Position numbers and translations under genes: made by a program
Shown here: in pieces, positions 63,481-64,000 of the stretch
How positions within the stretch are numbered: the first letter of the stretch is position 1
How the letters are laid out: the number at the start of each line of letters is the position of its first letter
Assembly (NCBI GenBank): GCA_017502865.1
Contig: JAFVUD010000002.1
Location: 7,238-71,237 of the forward strand
Direction: 5' to 3'
DNA: 64,000 bases
Source: Alphaproteobacteria bacterium
GTDB taxonomy: Bacteria > Pseudomonadota > Alphaproteobacteria > Rs-D84
Notes under the pieces: model-generated
Told to the model about the DNA's origin: nothing
The model's input: only the letters and a program-made list of their open reading frames with translations
The model's database searches: none

Positions 63481-64000
63481 ATGGCCCAAGAAGAAATTAT
63501 TTTTCCTAATAATATAAGAAATATTCGTTTAGCAAACGGTATGAAGATGACCGAACTGGCCCGCAGGGCTGGACTGTCGCTGTCGGCGGTGTCTAAAATC
63601 GAAAAAGGTGTTCGCCGTTTGAACCAAAAACAATTGCTGAATATTTGTAATATTTTGGGTTGCAAATTGTCTGATATTTTCATCAAAGAATCCGATGATG
63701 TCGCAGGACAATGGCAAAGCGAAATCAAACGCCGTTTGAACGATAACGAAAACAGCGGTTTGAAAATCTTCGGCAGTGGGCTGCGTAAAATCCGCCAGCA
63801 GACCGGTAAAACAATCGCCCAGGCAGCCAAAGATGCCGGAATGACATTGTCGGTTTATCATAAAATCGAAGTCGGTCAACGTGAAGTCTATGAAAACGAA
63901 ATCGAACCATTGGCGAAATCTTTTGCGATGGGCGTTGAAACCATGTTCGATAAAATTGCTAATTTATATAAATCAGGCGAACTGAACAAGCAAATCAGCA
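63481..64000 (+). CDS. Tandem XRE-family HTH regulator (runs off window; not in ORF track)
   Basis: MAQEEIIFPNNIRNIRLANGMKMTELARRAGLSLSAVSKIEKG...LRKIRQQTGKTIAQAAKDAGMTLSVYHKIEVG; SD aaggag. Confidence 0.88.
   Translation, partial: MAQEEIIFPNNIRNIRLANGMKMTELARRAGLSLSAVSKIEKGVRRLNQKQLLNICNILGCKLSDIFIKESDDVAGQWQSEIKRRLNDNENSGLKIFGSGLRKIRQQTGKTIAQAAKDAGMTLSVYHKIEVGQREVYENEIEPLAKSFAMGVETMFDKIANLYKSGELNKQIS

Overview
AT-rich-intergenic bacterial chromosome segment, most consistent with a small-genome, host-associated alphaproteobacterium. Support: alpha-type lepB-rnc, frr-uppS-cdsA-rseP-bamA, fabI, xerC and rpsD, and tRNA-His with G-1:C73. It is mostly housekeeping (rnj, lysS, trpS, rpsD, tgt/queA/era, murJ, bamD, secG, comM, PBP1A, ligA, msbA, ackA, recG, dnaB, four tRNAs). 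Unexplained structure: (1) a family of 100-175 bp tRNA-linked units behind tRNA-Gly, -Lys and -His, each with a duplicated tRNA 3' end, a tRNA-specific antisense T-arm copy and, at Lys and His, a shared 40-bp hairpin cassette; (2) intact podovirus-type genes (terminase nuclease domain only, portal, Bbp19-like, tail-fibre-like, lysozyme) scattered among core genes, suggesting a domesticated GTA-like system; (3) leader-peptide attenuators before trpS and lysS, and an MsrDL-like MYLLVM uORF before an ABC exporter; (4) a divergent RelA/SpoT-like synthetase and a stand-alone Mesh1-like hydrolase; (5) a virB7/virB8/virB8-like module next to yraN; (6) many apparently leaderless genes; (7) near-absence of GAG/CTC in core genes. 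All calls are by motif recognition, with no database searches.
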